Source of the DNA: Eledone cirrhosa | Taxonomy: Eukaryota | Reading direction: 5' to 3' | NCBI GenBank assembly: GCA_964016885.1 | Contig: OZ024740.1 | Span: 356,872,001 to 356,936,000 of the forward strand | Length of the DNA: 64,000 bases | Part shown: in pieces, positions 12,118 to 25,158 of the stretch | How positions within the stretch are numbered: the stretch's first letter is position 1 | How the letters are laid out: each line of letters opens with the position of its first letter | Program-made: the position numbers and the translations under genes | The notes under the pieces: generated by a model | Database searches by the model: none | What the model was told of the DNA's origin: nothing | The model's input: only the letters and a program-made list of their open reading frames with translations

Positions 12118-13489
12118 GGGGGGGGTACATAATGAAAGCTATACACATTTTCACAAGAGAAGACATCACCCAAAATCGGGTGGGTGACCCCCCCCCCCCG
12201 TCGGACAGGGAGATTTGACAGGTCTGGAGAGTCTACTGAGTGCTATGGTAGCTGGTGGCTAATATGGAAAGGTGGTAGTGGGAAGAAGGAAAACCATTCA
12301 CCAAACACATTAATATGGATTACTCACCCGCGCCAAGACACAGATCATTTTAAAATTCGACAGAGAGACTGAGCCATAGTACCAGATGCTCTCGCTCTCT
12401 CATATGACCCTATGCACAGAAAGTAAAGGTGCTTCATATCGCATAATTGTTATAATAAAAGAAATCAAACATGTGTTAGAAAAATGTCTGGAGTGTCATA
12501 TGGCACATCAATACGCGAGTTATGTTTCGAAGACCTCTAGCCTCACGCACCACTTTGGAGGAGGCGCACAGACTTTCAACAACTGGATGCTTCTCTGAAG
12601 ACTACTTTCTACTTTGTTACACGAGGAAGTGGGTGGTCAAAGTCGTAATCCATGATATCTCGTCCCATGTTAACACATAATACATCTAAATATTAATGGA
12701 GGAATATTGAAAAAAGTTTGAAACATTCACCATTTCTAATCTCAACATCAAATCTTCAAAAGCTGCTTGACCTAGTATCAATGCCCGAATTCAATTCAAG
12801 AGGAGCAAATGTGCGTTTATAAAAGTAAAAACACTACCAATAATTATCGGAGCACGAGGTGTGATAAAAAATATATATGAACTTAAACATTTGAAGCAAA
12901 ATACTGGAGAAAATTACATTTAGCTAATATTTACATGTATATAAAGGTATATGCTTTCTGTCGCTTTTTAATATTGTGGATTTCAAAAAATAAATTGTGA
13001 CCTACACAAAATCTAGGTCTGATAGAGCAATGTTACAAACCTATTTGTATTCACCTCAACAATACTATAAGGATCAGATGTCTTTTTCATTCTTGTAAAA
13101 CAAATGTATTTTATTTCCCGGTGTAAGTTCTAACGTAAGTTCAAAGCTAGAAATCGTGAATGAGAAAATAGTCGATTGTATTGATCCAAATACTTGACTG
13201 GTATATTAATTTGTAGAGCCTGAAATGCTAGGAGGTGAAATTGATGCCGAGAGAATTTAAACTCAAAACATCAAGAGCTGCAAGAAATAATGCGAATCCG
13301 ACTCTCTAGCAATTCTGAAAATAATGAAAACATTTTAAATACATCCAAAATTTGACATAAAAGATCATATTTATCACTAATACAGGGAAAATGTGCCCTA
13401 GACAGGGAGAAAATTATTATAAAATATCCTCTGTAGGACTACAAAAGCATCTAGTAAAGAATAAGGAAAAAATAATAAAAAATAATATT

Positions 13490-13820
13490 TAGAAAACGTA
13501 AATCTAATACAAAACACTACACATACCCAAGATTGTGCATCATATTAAAAATCCGTTTACTTTGAAAGAAATGACGATACCTTTTACTAAAATGCCACGT
13601 GGAACGTAGAGAAACTGTCAATATACCAAAATCTGGAAACTGAAATTGAGATATGAATGTTAAAACACTTCCAATAGTAATTGGTGCACTTAGTAAGATA
13701 AAGATATGATATATAAAAAAAACCCATAAAACTATAACAGGCAGATCATTTCGTACAGGTTAAGTAATAACCTTGCTTGGCTCAACCATCATCCTACGCA
13801 AACCAGCTTCAATTATTTAG
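13490..13820 (+). mobile_element. R4/Dong-like LINE 3' RLE remnant
   Basis: Remnant peptides EKLSIYQNLETEI, TLPIVIGALSKI and LLGSTIILRK. Confidence 0.6.
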
Positions 13821-14331
13821 CACAGATGACGTTATATATTCACTATATAAAACATAATATATACCCAATACACCTAATAAAATAGCACAACTTACCTGGC
13901 ATATACTTTACAAAATCATAATATAATAGAACAACACATAAATTTATCAGTAATTCGTACAGCTCATACGTGTAGCAATCGAATAATATAGCACACCCAC
14001 ATAATCCACACATACACACCAGATAAGCACCATTGAACACTAAACAAATAACACGCAATACGCCTCGCAGCACACAATTACTACCCATCAAAATAGCACA
14101 ACTCACATTTCATATACTCGACACATACGACACATCAATATGGCACTAGAAATTGGCGGATCATTCCAACAAATTTCATTCCAAAAAAAAAGACAGAAAA
14201 AAACAGTTGTATCCTTGAAAACAGTAGAGGCTAACTTGATACTGTTAAAAATAAGATAAAAATAATGTGATTATATAGATTATATTCTGTGTGCCGTATT
14301 ATATTATTAGGGGACAACGGTCACCTAATGA

Positions 14332-14530
14332 AGGGCGGTGGATTGGAAGTATCGGTAGAGGGTCTGACGCCATGCTTTGCAGCAAAGAGTTACGGCCCTT
14401 TATGGTCGCAGCTCAAATCCCTCCGAGGTTAACTTTGCCTTTCATCCTTACGGGGTCGATAAAATAAAGTACCAGTAATGTACTGAGTAATTGCTGGTCT
14501 TGTGCCAAAAGTAGAAACAATTATATTATT
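14332..14530 (+). mobile_element. SINE family 1
   Basis: Full head, core and tail ending in ATT repeats. Confidence 0.9.
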
Positions 14531-14754
14531 AGGTGACAACAGTGTGGAATGCACATTGTGGATTGTGTTATTTTATTGAATAGTGATTATGTAGGATATG
14601 TGTTGTGCAGAAACTCTACTGAGTGAGTTGTGCTATTGAACTGAAAGTGTCGAATTTGAACTCTGCTCCTTGTTACTATGAATTGTAGATACAATTGTAA
14701 ATCCCGGCATATATTTTTGTTTGTTTATGTTTTTCTTTGTCATACCTAGTGAAA

Positions 14755-15120
14755 GCAGCGAATCCTCCCTCCTAAAGGGGTATTTGGAATAATGTAGCTC
14801 GGAGATCAGAGATTCACTCCTGGTAGAGCCACTACTTCTACGAATTGAGAGTTCACAGCTCCGATATTATGGACATGCGGTTAGAATGTCTCAGGAAGGA
14901 ATCGTTAAACAGATTTTACGGACAAAACCAGCCAGCAGGAGACCCAGGAATAGACCCCAAGCAAGATGGTTGGATAACATCCATGAGCTTCGCTGGTCTC
15001 GCTTGCGGATCCAGTTGGATCAGTTTGAGATGGTTGTTTCTGACAGCACCAGCTGGAGGAAGTGTTTGAGGACTCTGCCCTCACGACACTCTCACGAAGA
15101 AGAAGAAGAAGAAGAAGAAG
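14755..15120 (+). mobile_element. 5'-truncated RTE LINE with (GAA)n tail and 13-bp TSD ATACCTAGTGAAA
   Basis: Reads RMSQEGIVKQILRTKPASRRPRNRPQARWLDNI. TSD at 14742-14754 and 15121-15133. Same family as 1290-1755. Confidence 0.9.
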
Positions 15121-15524
15121 ATACCTAGTGAAATGTTTATTGTTACAGGTGTTGTTGTTTTAACACTGCAGTCTACCTATTTCTCCTTAAACGTTCCTAC
15201 TGTAATATTATTCAGAGTGTCTTGTGTACAATTTGGTCATAATGTATTGCGATGCTTACCATGGTGCATGGATCATTATTCGTGCTTTTGATTACATTTG
15301 AACAGCTCGGTTTCTTTGCGAGTTCAGTCTGGATAGGTATGTCTCGGGTTATTGTAGCAAAATTATTCTCATACACAGTGTTCATTAAATATTTATACTA
15401 CTACTTTTTAGTTTACACCTCAAAGTATCAGCATGTTACACAATGAAAATAGTAGCCAACTCTGTCGTGTCTGTAGGAATTTTCTGCTAGCATATGTAGT
15501 GTGCATATTAGTATTATATCAAAT

Positions 15525-15712
15525 AATTGTTTCTACTTTAGGCACAAGGCCAGCAATTACCCAGTGCATTACTGGTACTTTATTTTATCGACCTCGTAAG
15601 GATGAAATGCAAAGTCAACCTCGGCGGGATTTGAACTCAGATCGTAAAGGGACGTAACTATGCTGGAAAGCATGGCGTCCGACCCTCTACTGATACTGCC
15701 AATCCACCGCCT
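15525..15712 (-). mobile_element. SINE family 1 with TSD TATTATATCAAATAAT
   Basis: Full-length copy; the TSD is present twice on the right side. Confidence 0.9.
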
Positions 15713-15894
15713 TGTATTATATCAAATAATGTATTATATCAAATAATGTTAGTTAAGACGGGATTAAATCACCATAATTGTTTATTGCATTATATATACG
15801 AGCGGTTTTCTGCTAGCATATGTAGTGTGCATATTAGTATTATACGCAAATATATATGCACATAGTTAGATATGTAAAAATAAATTGACAATAT

Positions 15895-16305
15895 TTTCTT
15901 CGCCCACTTATTTCTGAGAGGGTCGTGGAGGCAGAGTCTTTCTCAAACACTCTTTTCAGTGAGTTTGTCAGAAGCAAACATCTCTAACTGATCCAGCTGG
16001 ATCTCCAAGCGTGACCAGCTAAGTTCATGGATTTTATCCATCTATCTTGCTCAGGGTCTACCTCTGGATCTCTTACCTGTTGGTTTTGCCTGTAAAATCT
16101 GTCCAGCGATTCTTTCCTGAGACATTCTAACCACATGCCCATAGTATCGGAGCTATGATCTCTCAATTCGGAGAAGTAGCAGCTCTAACAGCAGTGACTC
16201 TCTGATCTCCAAGCTATGCACTTTATCGAGTAACGTTACTCCAAAGACCCTTTGAAGGAACCTAATTTCTACCGCTTGTATTTGCAATTGTATTATTTCG
16301 GTGCT
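15895..16305 (-). mobile_element. RTE LINE 3' fragment
   Basis: Reverse-complement homology to 1560-1750 and 14790-15100. Confidence 0.85.
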
Positions 16306-16529
16306 TGCCAATGGATGATAGATAATTGTTTATATTATCTACTCAGTCGTTGTGATACTCCCACTGAATACCTAATGATATAATGTGACTGGTGCAAGTC
16401 AGCTTGGCGTAATCCATCACTCTTCAAGCTATGATATAGATTGAGCACACAACAGCATCTTACAATTGTGAGATATACTTCATATAAACTAAGCCATATT
16501 AACATATTGTAACCATCTAACTCTGAAGG

Positions 16530-16715
16530 TATTATTGATTTCTAATTTAGGCACAAAGCCAACAATTATATATGTCTATTGTGGGGAGGGGAACGTCAAC
16601 TTAATCGACCATTGTACTTTACTGGTACTTTATTTTATCGCCTCCAAGAGGATAAAAGGCTATGTTGACCTCAAAGCATTTTGTCCGACGCTCCAATGAC
16701 TTTATCAAACCACCC
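16530..16715 (-). mobile_element. Degenerate SINE family 1
   Basis: ACTGGTACTTTATTTTATCG core and tail remnants. Confidence 0.65.
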
Positions 16716-16908
16716 TCTTTAAATTTGAAGGTAGTATTGCTTTGCCTCTATTTAACTGTTATATCAATGAGATATATTATTTTTAATAAATCAATTCACA
16801 ATTGTATAAATAATATTCCAAATATTGATGGAAATATGGAAGAAAAGGAATAAAAAAGAAATAAAAAGGATAAAAACAAAATCAAGCAACGCCCGGGGGG
16901 GGGGGGGG

Positions 16909-17034
16909 GGCTGATGAATTTAAAGAATGGGGGATTCTTTAAAAAAAACTGTTTAGAGAAAAATACATAGTGATATGTATTTTTCTCTAAATATAGTTTT
17001 TTTTAAGAATCCCCATTCTTTAAATCCATCAGCC
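16909..17034. repeat. ~60-bp-arm palindrome with a decayed hammerhead-like core
   Basis: GGCTGATG.ATTTAAAGAATGGGGATTCTT... is mirrored around ~16971. The left arm has CTGATGA plus an 11-bp hairpin, but AAAA in place of GAAA. Confidence 0.8.
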
Positions 17035-17114
17035 AATGACCTTCACCCATCCCAATCACCACCCTCCCCTACCACCAGAAAATATATAAATACCACCATA
17101 TTACATTTACAGTC

Positions 17115-17166
17115 GGCTTTCCTGATGATTTCCTCTGAATGAAACAGTTCTAGTCCTGTAGAAGCC
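17115..17166 (+). ncRNA. Type I hammerhead ribozyme
   Basis: GGCTTTC-CTGATGA-TTTCCTCTGAAT-GAAA-CAG ttctagtc CTG-TA-GAAGCC, directly followed by (TA)n. Confidence 0.75.
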
Positions 17167-17212
<46 letters not shown>

Positions 17213-19198
17213 ATAATAATAAATTTGAAGACTAAAATCCAAAGAGGGCTCGATAAGGGTGAAAGCAGCGATTCTTTGCTTAAACTTTAATCTGTTATTT
17301 TAATAAATATATATATATATGAATATAAACGTGCGCACACAGACACACTTACAAAAATACACACTCAGACATACATTGACACAAACACATACACAGCATT
17401 ACAAATGGAACGCCAGCCGCTATTTTGCTATAGTATTTTCACCACCCCTTCCTGTATACATTCATGGAGGCAGCAGACATAAAGAGAGATGAGTAATATG
17501 AGATAGTCAAACTACTCTCTCTTTTAGTACTGTGACAGAATCGCAGAAATTTATATAGAGATTTGAAGGAAATCTTGTTCGTGTCAATAGGAAATACAAA
17601 TGAACATTATTCAATCATTGATTCACTGCAGTCATGCTCGGGTACCCATTTAAAGGGATTTTGTTGATTAAGATTGTCTCAAAAGCTGGTACATATTATA
17701 TCAATTTTGATTGTCGAACCGTTATGTTACGGAACAGAAACGTAAACTCAGACAAGGACACACCTACATGCTGGCTGTTATTTCTCGCAGGTTTAATCGA
17801 TAATTTATATTGTTCTTCTAGCACATCATATGGATCCTACTATCGCCTGTGTGAAAGAATTTGTTGTGAATTTTTTAAAAATTATGTTTGTGTGTTTGAA
17901 AGGAGTAAACTACATCGTTGACGTGCGAATGGTACGGTCTCGCACCGACATATTTGTTTTACTGTTTATTTAATTTATCAGAACAATGGTCATTCTCTGA
18001 AAATGTAATATAAACCTGCCCCTGAAGTGGTGTTCAAACAGTTAAGAAAAGACATGATTGAAATAGCTCAGAACAATAGCCTGGCGAGATTCGAATGAAT
18101 TTTTTTTTTTTTTCTTTTTTATCGACTCTAGGATAATCCGTAGCCTCAACATTAGGACGTAGAAACCGCTTCAGTGACACGCAAAAGACACGAAATGGCA
18201 TCAAAATACCGAAATATTTTATAAAATGAATACATAGGGGGCAGCAAATTAGCAGAGTCGTTGGAACATCGAATAGAATGCTTTGCTATTATCGTTCCGG
18301 CTCTCTGCTCTCGCCGAGGTAAACTTCGCTTTTCATCGATTCAAGTTCGTTAAAAATGTACCAGCCTAATACAGGGATCGATTCTTCCTCTATATATCTT
18401 TCTCACTTCCTTTCTCTCACTCTCTCTCTATCCTTCTCTGGAAGAAATCTGCTGTATTCAGACCTGGAGAGTGGATGAGCTCCACCGGGTTTAAAAAGAG
18501 CCCCCAGAACGCCGTATATAAAAATGGTGCCCTACTACTCCCATGAGAGTTATGGGTCCATATATACAATATATAGGGGTGAGTGAAAATTGTCTGAAAT
18601 AAATGTCAAACTTTAGCTATGTTCGTGCCTCTAAATCCAGTGTTCAAATCACAGTGGGCTATCTTACCAACACTTTAATAGAATTAACACAACATCCAAT
18701 ACTTGATAAACAACCAACCTTTCTATTGCTTTCATGTACAATTACTTGAGGCATAACTCTTTTTATCTTCATCTAAAAGTACGAATCTAAAAGTCTAAAT
18801 AACAGCTCCAGTAAAATTGTTTACTTGACTATAAAAATTCAGTTTCAATGAAAGAGATGAAAGTAATTTCTAACTAACATATTTGTTGTGAAGTGGCATT
18901 GGCTAATATAAAATTTCAAGGAAAATGTCAAGAATTATCATTTAGGAAAATTTGTATCCTTAGCCAATCACCAAGTGCGGTATCAATAGTTAAGTGATAA
19001 AGCTATAAGTATATATGGCTTTTGTGTGTGTGTGTGTCTGTGTGTGTGTATAAATATATACTGAATTATTAATTCAGTGTTTTAATATATATGTATGTGC
19101 GGGTATGTACGTATATATATATATATCCACCGTTATACGTTGAAAATATGTAGAATTAAACTTATGTTTTAAGTATAACTTAGTAGTTCTCTCTCCAT

Positions 19199-19375
<177 letters not shown>

Positions 19376-19393
19376 GAATGTATTTAGGTCACT

Positions 19394-19724
19394 CCGACTG
19401 TTTAGGGCAGGCAACCGCTTCCAAATAAAATGGACCTCCCCTATTTTAGGTCGACGGCATATTTTAGCACTACAAGAAATGTTGTTATTCTTCCTCTCCA
19501 TATTACTTTGTGTTGAAACACTGTGCTCGGAGGTGTTGCTTTTTCAAAATGTTTGAGTATTCGGTTATTTGAAAAAGCAACGCCACCGAAGGCAGTATTT
19601 CATCACAAAGAAATATATGGAGGAAGAATAAGAACAATTCTTGCGGTGCTAAAATGTACGGTCGACCTAAGAATAACGAAGACCCATTTTATTAGGAAGC
19701 GGGTACCTACCCTAAACCGTCGAA
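19394..19724. mobile_element. Old imperfect palindrome (~155-bp arms), MITE-like
   Basis: GTTTAGGGCAGGCAACCGCTTCC...TTGCTTTTTCAAA pairs with TTTGAAAAAGCAA...GGAAGCGGGTACCTACCCTAAAC. Confidence 0.8.
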
Positions 19725-21639
19725 TAGCGATCTGGCCACCAGATGTGATGGTATGTGATGGTTAATTGCTATATAAGCGAGCTCCTATCGGACGAATAAT
19801 TAACCTCGGATCAACAACAGTAAATTGCTAGGGAAGAAGAAGCAATGGTCCACACAGATAGCTCACAATCCAGAGATGTCACTACAAACATGTGAGTAAA
19901 GACAGCCTCTAAAAATGCCTAGCCATCGCGGGTCTGTAAAAATTACAAAATTGGTGACTGGCGCGAATGAGACAACCAAAACATTGCAATGTGACCGGAA
20001 ACAGTAAAGCGTTCAGTTCTTAGGTAGAGAGGCCTATTCAAAAAATATATTGCAGTGTCCATTCAACGAGAAAAAGACTGGCGATGGGCTTGCGACATAT
20101 CCTGGGAGGTGTTGGATAGAAGTACACAAGTTACGTATCCTGAAAATACAGAAAGGGAGCAAATTTGACAATTGATAACTGGAATGATATCGCCCTTAGT
20201 GGCTCTAGTACTGTAGATTTGGATGGAGGATGAAAATTCCACTATTCTGATGTGGCGCCAAAAACGATTGCACTGGTGTGAATGAGGATATTAGCAAGCC
20301 CCCGGCTGTCAGAGTGTGTTGGGGGACTGGATCCCATCGAAAGAGAGGATATGCCTCTTAAAGTTTGGGACGAAGGCGGGTTCAATGAGGGTGGTGTTGA
20401 TTTGTGCGCATGCGTGGAAATGTTATAAAATATTAACTTCATCTTCTTAGCCCTTTGTAAGAGCCCATGAAATCGGTTACGCATGCATGATGCGTATTTG
20501 TTTATATACAGGTATCTGTTGACATCTGAAAGCTATGATTCAGCTATATATCTAATTTATAACGGTAAGGGTTTGCACGTTCTCTTGGCTTAATGGTTAA
20601 AATTTCCTAGTCGGTATATGGGATATATGGGGTCCGATTCCTCATAGCAGCCGATAGCAACTTTTTTTGCTTCGTCTTTTAGGGGTCTTCGCCTTACTTT
20701 AAAAGCTATTTTATAACACCTCCGTGCATGAGCACATCATTCTTTATATATTTCTTTGAAATATTTCAAATAAAATTTCTCACAAATATTTGAATAAGAA
20801 ACGTCACTGTTTGCTTTTTTTAATTTCAATGATATACCTGCTGCCTCAGTCTATAGAAATATTTCTAGCTTTTGACAAATTCAAAACAAAATGAAAGGTT
20901 TTGTATATTTCTTCAATAATATACCATCTGAAGCTTACAGCAGACATGTTGCAATCGATATCAAAGTAACTGAAATTCTGTATAGCAATTATTTCAACAT
21001 TATTATCGCAGAGTATATTAATGGATATTTGCTTTCCATGGAAATATGAGAGAAACATTCCAATAGCATGACTTAAAATTCTTCGTTTACATAAGCAAAT
21101 ATTAAATCAACTAGGAATGAAATATATAACACATAAATAAAAGTATACTGAATAATAAATTTAGAAATTTTTTTTTTCGTCTATACATTTGAAATTTCTT
21201 TTATGAGAAACTATGGAAGACATTCATGCAGAAGCTCGAAATTATACTAGAAATACACGACTACAAGTTATACATCTTCGGAGTCATCAAAGAACTCCAA
21301 ACGTTTACATGTCAGACGAAACGCAAAGTGATCTCAAAGTGAGAAGAAAGAACCATTAACGTTAATTGTGAACGAATGAGTTGAAACCCCATTGGTTATC
21401 AATGTCCAGATCTTCCAACTTTAAAAAGCCAAACGGGTAGTACCATGAAAAAAAGTGCCCTAACACAGGGAGAAATGCGGCAATAATGGGGAGATTTTAC
21501 ATAAAGAAGACCATACCCATTTTCACAAGAGAAGATATCTCTCACCCACACCAAAGTGGGTGGAAGATCCCCCACCCCACCCCCCGCTGCAGTTATTATT
21601 CTTGTTGGAATGAACCTTACCATTAATAGCAGAACGATT

Positions 21640-23570
21640 ATCGTTGTTTCTCTCAATAGCTTGTTCAGAGAAGGATTAATTCCAGATTTTGAGGTTCTAT
21701 TATCACCATTGAGTTCGTTTTCATGAGGCTGTGTTAAACTATGATGCTATTGTAGTTCTTGATGGAAATTGAGAGGAATGGTTACTTTGGTGTGTTACAT
21801 GTATTATTATTTACTATGAGGTAAAAATGACTCAAACTGTTCAAAAGATAGAAGTTAGATGTCACTTACTTTATTGCTAATCCAGATAGAGCTGCACCCT
21901 GTACATATAAAGTATCCTGCCTTTGCAGTAAACTTCGTGGAATTATTTTGATAGGCCACAGTTTTACTTATTTCAAAGAATGGATTGCCTGCTGCGTGAA
22001 CGTGCCTACCAAGTAACTTTTCAACAGGAGATTTTCTGACTACCAGAAACAGCATGATGTTTCAGTTGAATTAACTATTAACCTTTTTCTCAAAATCTAG
22101 CAATTTATGTGTAATAGTTTAAACTGCCCTTTCTGCTGAACCGTTTGATGACGGCTTATTGTTAGATACAATAACGTATAGAATCTCAAACCAAACAAAC
22201 CCAGGCGTTAAACAATCTTTAACGTTCTCTAGGCTACGCTCACGGCATAGAAACACCTTTATCCAACTAGTACATGGGCCAATGATTATCAACAAGTTCT
22301 CAACAGCGTTTAGAGAAGACCAATCGATGTGGTTCCTTTCCCATAATTCAGAATCAGGCCACGTATCTGTGGAAGGGATGCCTTTCAACCAAATTTATTG
22401 ACAATCACATTTAACAAGTACCTATAAATATCATGAGGATAATTTGATCACCAAACAAGTATTAACCTCTTATTAATCCATTAATCCTTTGCTAGTCCAC
22501 TATATGGATGTCATGTATGTGGGTGATATTTCCATCAGTATTGTACTGGAATAAATAGACGACATGTATTATGAATATGGCTGTTATGTACAATAGGTTG
22601 GTACTTGTGCAAAAGATTTTTCTTATAGTGAAAATTTTTTTCAATTATTTTCTTTTATATAGTTATAGATCTTAGTATTACGTCACTAGACTATAATAGC
22701 CGAACTTTTTATATTAAAGGATTATCAATGAAAACATCACCATTTGTAATGTATTAAAATTGTATAAGTTTTCGGATGTGTTTATAATACAGATTACTTT
22801 AGATTGTTTATCGAATAGAATTTTCCACTAGGCACTATATAAATCTATCTCATAAAATACATTGACCCCATTCACGCCAGCAAAAATGGTTTCATTATTT
22901 GGTGTAGAGTTACTATATGAGTATATTCAGTTATTATTTATATGGACTTTATAATCTGCGCTCAATCTTAAGGTCATATCAGATTTTCTGACCCATACAA
23001 CTGGAGAAGCATTTCCTGATCAATCATAAGGACAGGTAGTTATAACATTCATAGATTATAGCCTATTTAATTCCGTATTTACTTCTGTTTTAATATCAGT
23101 TGGGACAGGCCTGAAAGAACACATCAGTGTGCTATCATTAAGGTTTAATGTTTGCAGCATAGCCCTTGATTCTTGAGCATCCTCTTTTGAGACAGTGATG
23201 TGGCTTTTACAGCTGTTGTTATATCCTCAAAAGTGCAAGTTGTGTCATCAATGACCTATGAATAGATCCTCTTGGGTAAGCTTTATTATTGCCTCAATAG
23301 AACATTTAGCGAAACAGGGCTTCTTTAGATCCGCTTTAGCTGCTTTTTCATGTCTGTACTTGATGTAAATTGAATCTTCTATGCCACAGCTTGATCCGGA
23401 TTATCAAGAAAAAGATATTTAGTTTCTTATTCCATCTTCGTCACCAATTCTTGTGTTTGGGTGTTTCAATTCCTTTCGACATTGCAACATGCAGTAGATA
23501 TCCCACGTGAAACCAGCAACCATCTTAAATAATTTTAACCTTGTTTAAAATATGTAGGAGTGCGTCGCCA
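21640..23570 (-). mobile_element. Decayed Gypsy/Ty3 LTR retrotransposon internal region (integrase recognisable; PBS at 23560-23570)
   Basis: Reads WPDSELWERNHIDW...LLIIIG..TSWIKVF...VIVSNN...PSSNGSAERAV and KSPVEKLLGR. Minus-strand TGGCGACGCAC follows ...CA, as expected for a PBS after a 5' LTR. Confidence 0.8.
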
Positions 23571-24571
23571 TGACATTAATTAGAATAACAATGAAAGTTC
23601 AAATAATATTATTATAACAAAGATTTCCTTATAGTATGTGTCTGCAAAGACTATCAATATTCAACTAACTATATACACAGGAGTGTAATTTAACTTAGCA
23701 TTGCAAGCTATTAAGTCATAGGGTCATTTGAGAATTATGAACTTTTGATCTCGGAGACAATTAGGAAAATTTATATTGAAATTAAAAAGATGTTTTATAA
23801 ACATTGAATCACTACATTCTAGAACGCATACTCCTGGGCTATGCTAATGGAAAATATCTTTCGTGAACTGTAGCTGGAAATTGCTTGTACGAAAAATAAA
23901 CCAAGAGAAATGCTACAACAGATACTGAATTACGATTCACAGATTCTGCGTACTCTGTGGAGTTCTAACATTAACGCTTATTCATGGGATAGAAAATATG
24001 AGTGGTGTCACATGCATTCATACTACACGAACATCCGGCATCATATTGGTTCGCGCTATTTTTGAATTCAGTAGCTTCAAAATAATAAGAAATGGAAACG
24101 TAGATAGAAAGAAATAGAAATACAATACATTTATAGACATACCTATAAAAGATTGAACAAGTTTCTATTTTGTATCTTGTGCATACGTCAGGATTTGTAT
24201 CTTTATTTGTTACTATTTTGATCTATGGCATTCTTTCGATTCTCCTTATCTTTCAGGCATTTCCTTCCTTTTATTTCTTCTCAGTTTCTATACCACTTTC
24301 TCTCTTTGCTTTCGTGAACGAGTTGTTACATTCAAAATGATTTTTAAAGATTCTTTAGATTTTTTTTCAAACTATTTGGATCATAAACTTATTTGAATTT
24401 ATGAAGATAAAAGAGTTCCCCAATGTCAGATTTTCTACATTATTGGAAAACATCTAAATTTGTAGTACAGTTTCGGTGAATTACACAACTTATGGAATTG
24501 TTATGGAGTTATTAATGAAAGCTTCTGATCTATATATAATATAGATCAATTTCCTCTCCATCGTAGACTGA

Positions 24572-24822
24572 TCAGTAATACACTGGGTAATTGCTGGCCT
24601 TGTGTCTAATGTAGAAACAATTATTACTACAGGTGGTGAATTGGCAGTATCGGTAGAGGGTTGGACGCCATGCTTTCTAGCATAGTTACGTCCCTTTACA
24701 GTCTGAGTTCAAATCCCGCCGAGGTTAACTTTGCCTTTCATCCTTACGGGGTCGATAAAATAAAGTATCAGTAATGCACTGGGTATTTGCTGGCCTTGTG
24801 CCAAAAAGTAGAAACAATTATT
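24572..24822 (+). mobile_element. SINE 3' fragment plus a full SINE (24631-24822) with TSD ATTATTACTACAGG
   Basis: Head, core and tail motifs with a duplicated flank. Confidence 0.9.
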
Positions 24823-24974
24823 ACTACAGGCTAAAAGACCATTCGGTCATTGCTTACAGAGGTTATCTCAACCGCTTGTAGTTGGTAAATTACATTTATG
24901 TAGACTAGAATATTTGACAATTGAAGATCTCGATTTTGGCATTTCTTATATTTCGAAAGGGTGTTTAATTTAAT

Positions 24975-25158
24975 AATTGTTTCTACTTTTGGCACAAGGC
25001 CAGCAATTAACCAGTACATTACTGGTACTTTATTTTATCGACTCCATAAGGATGAAAGGCAAAGTGAACCTCGGCGGGATTTGAACTCAGACCGTAAAGG
25101 GACGTAACTATGCTGGAAAGCATGGCGTCCGACTCTCTACCGATACTGCCAATCACCG
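24975..25158 (-). mobile_element. SINE family 1 with TSD GGTGTTTAATTTAATAAT
   Basis: TSD at ~24960 and ~25158. Confidence 0.9.

Noticed and set aside
20579-20652. tRNA gene
   Set aside because: A- and B-box-like words are present but the acceptor and anticodon stems do not pair. At most it is a decayed tRNA-derived repeat head.
20838-21110. Minus-strand coding exon (ORF 20846-21058 with nearby AG/GT sites)
   Set aside because: Stops lie inside the putative exon at both ends, and the peptide is not recognisable.
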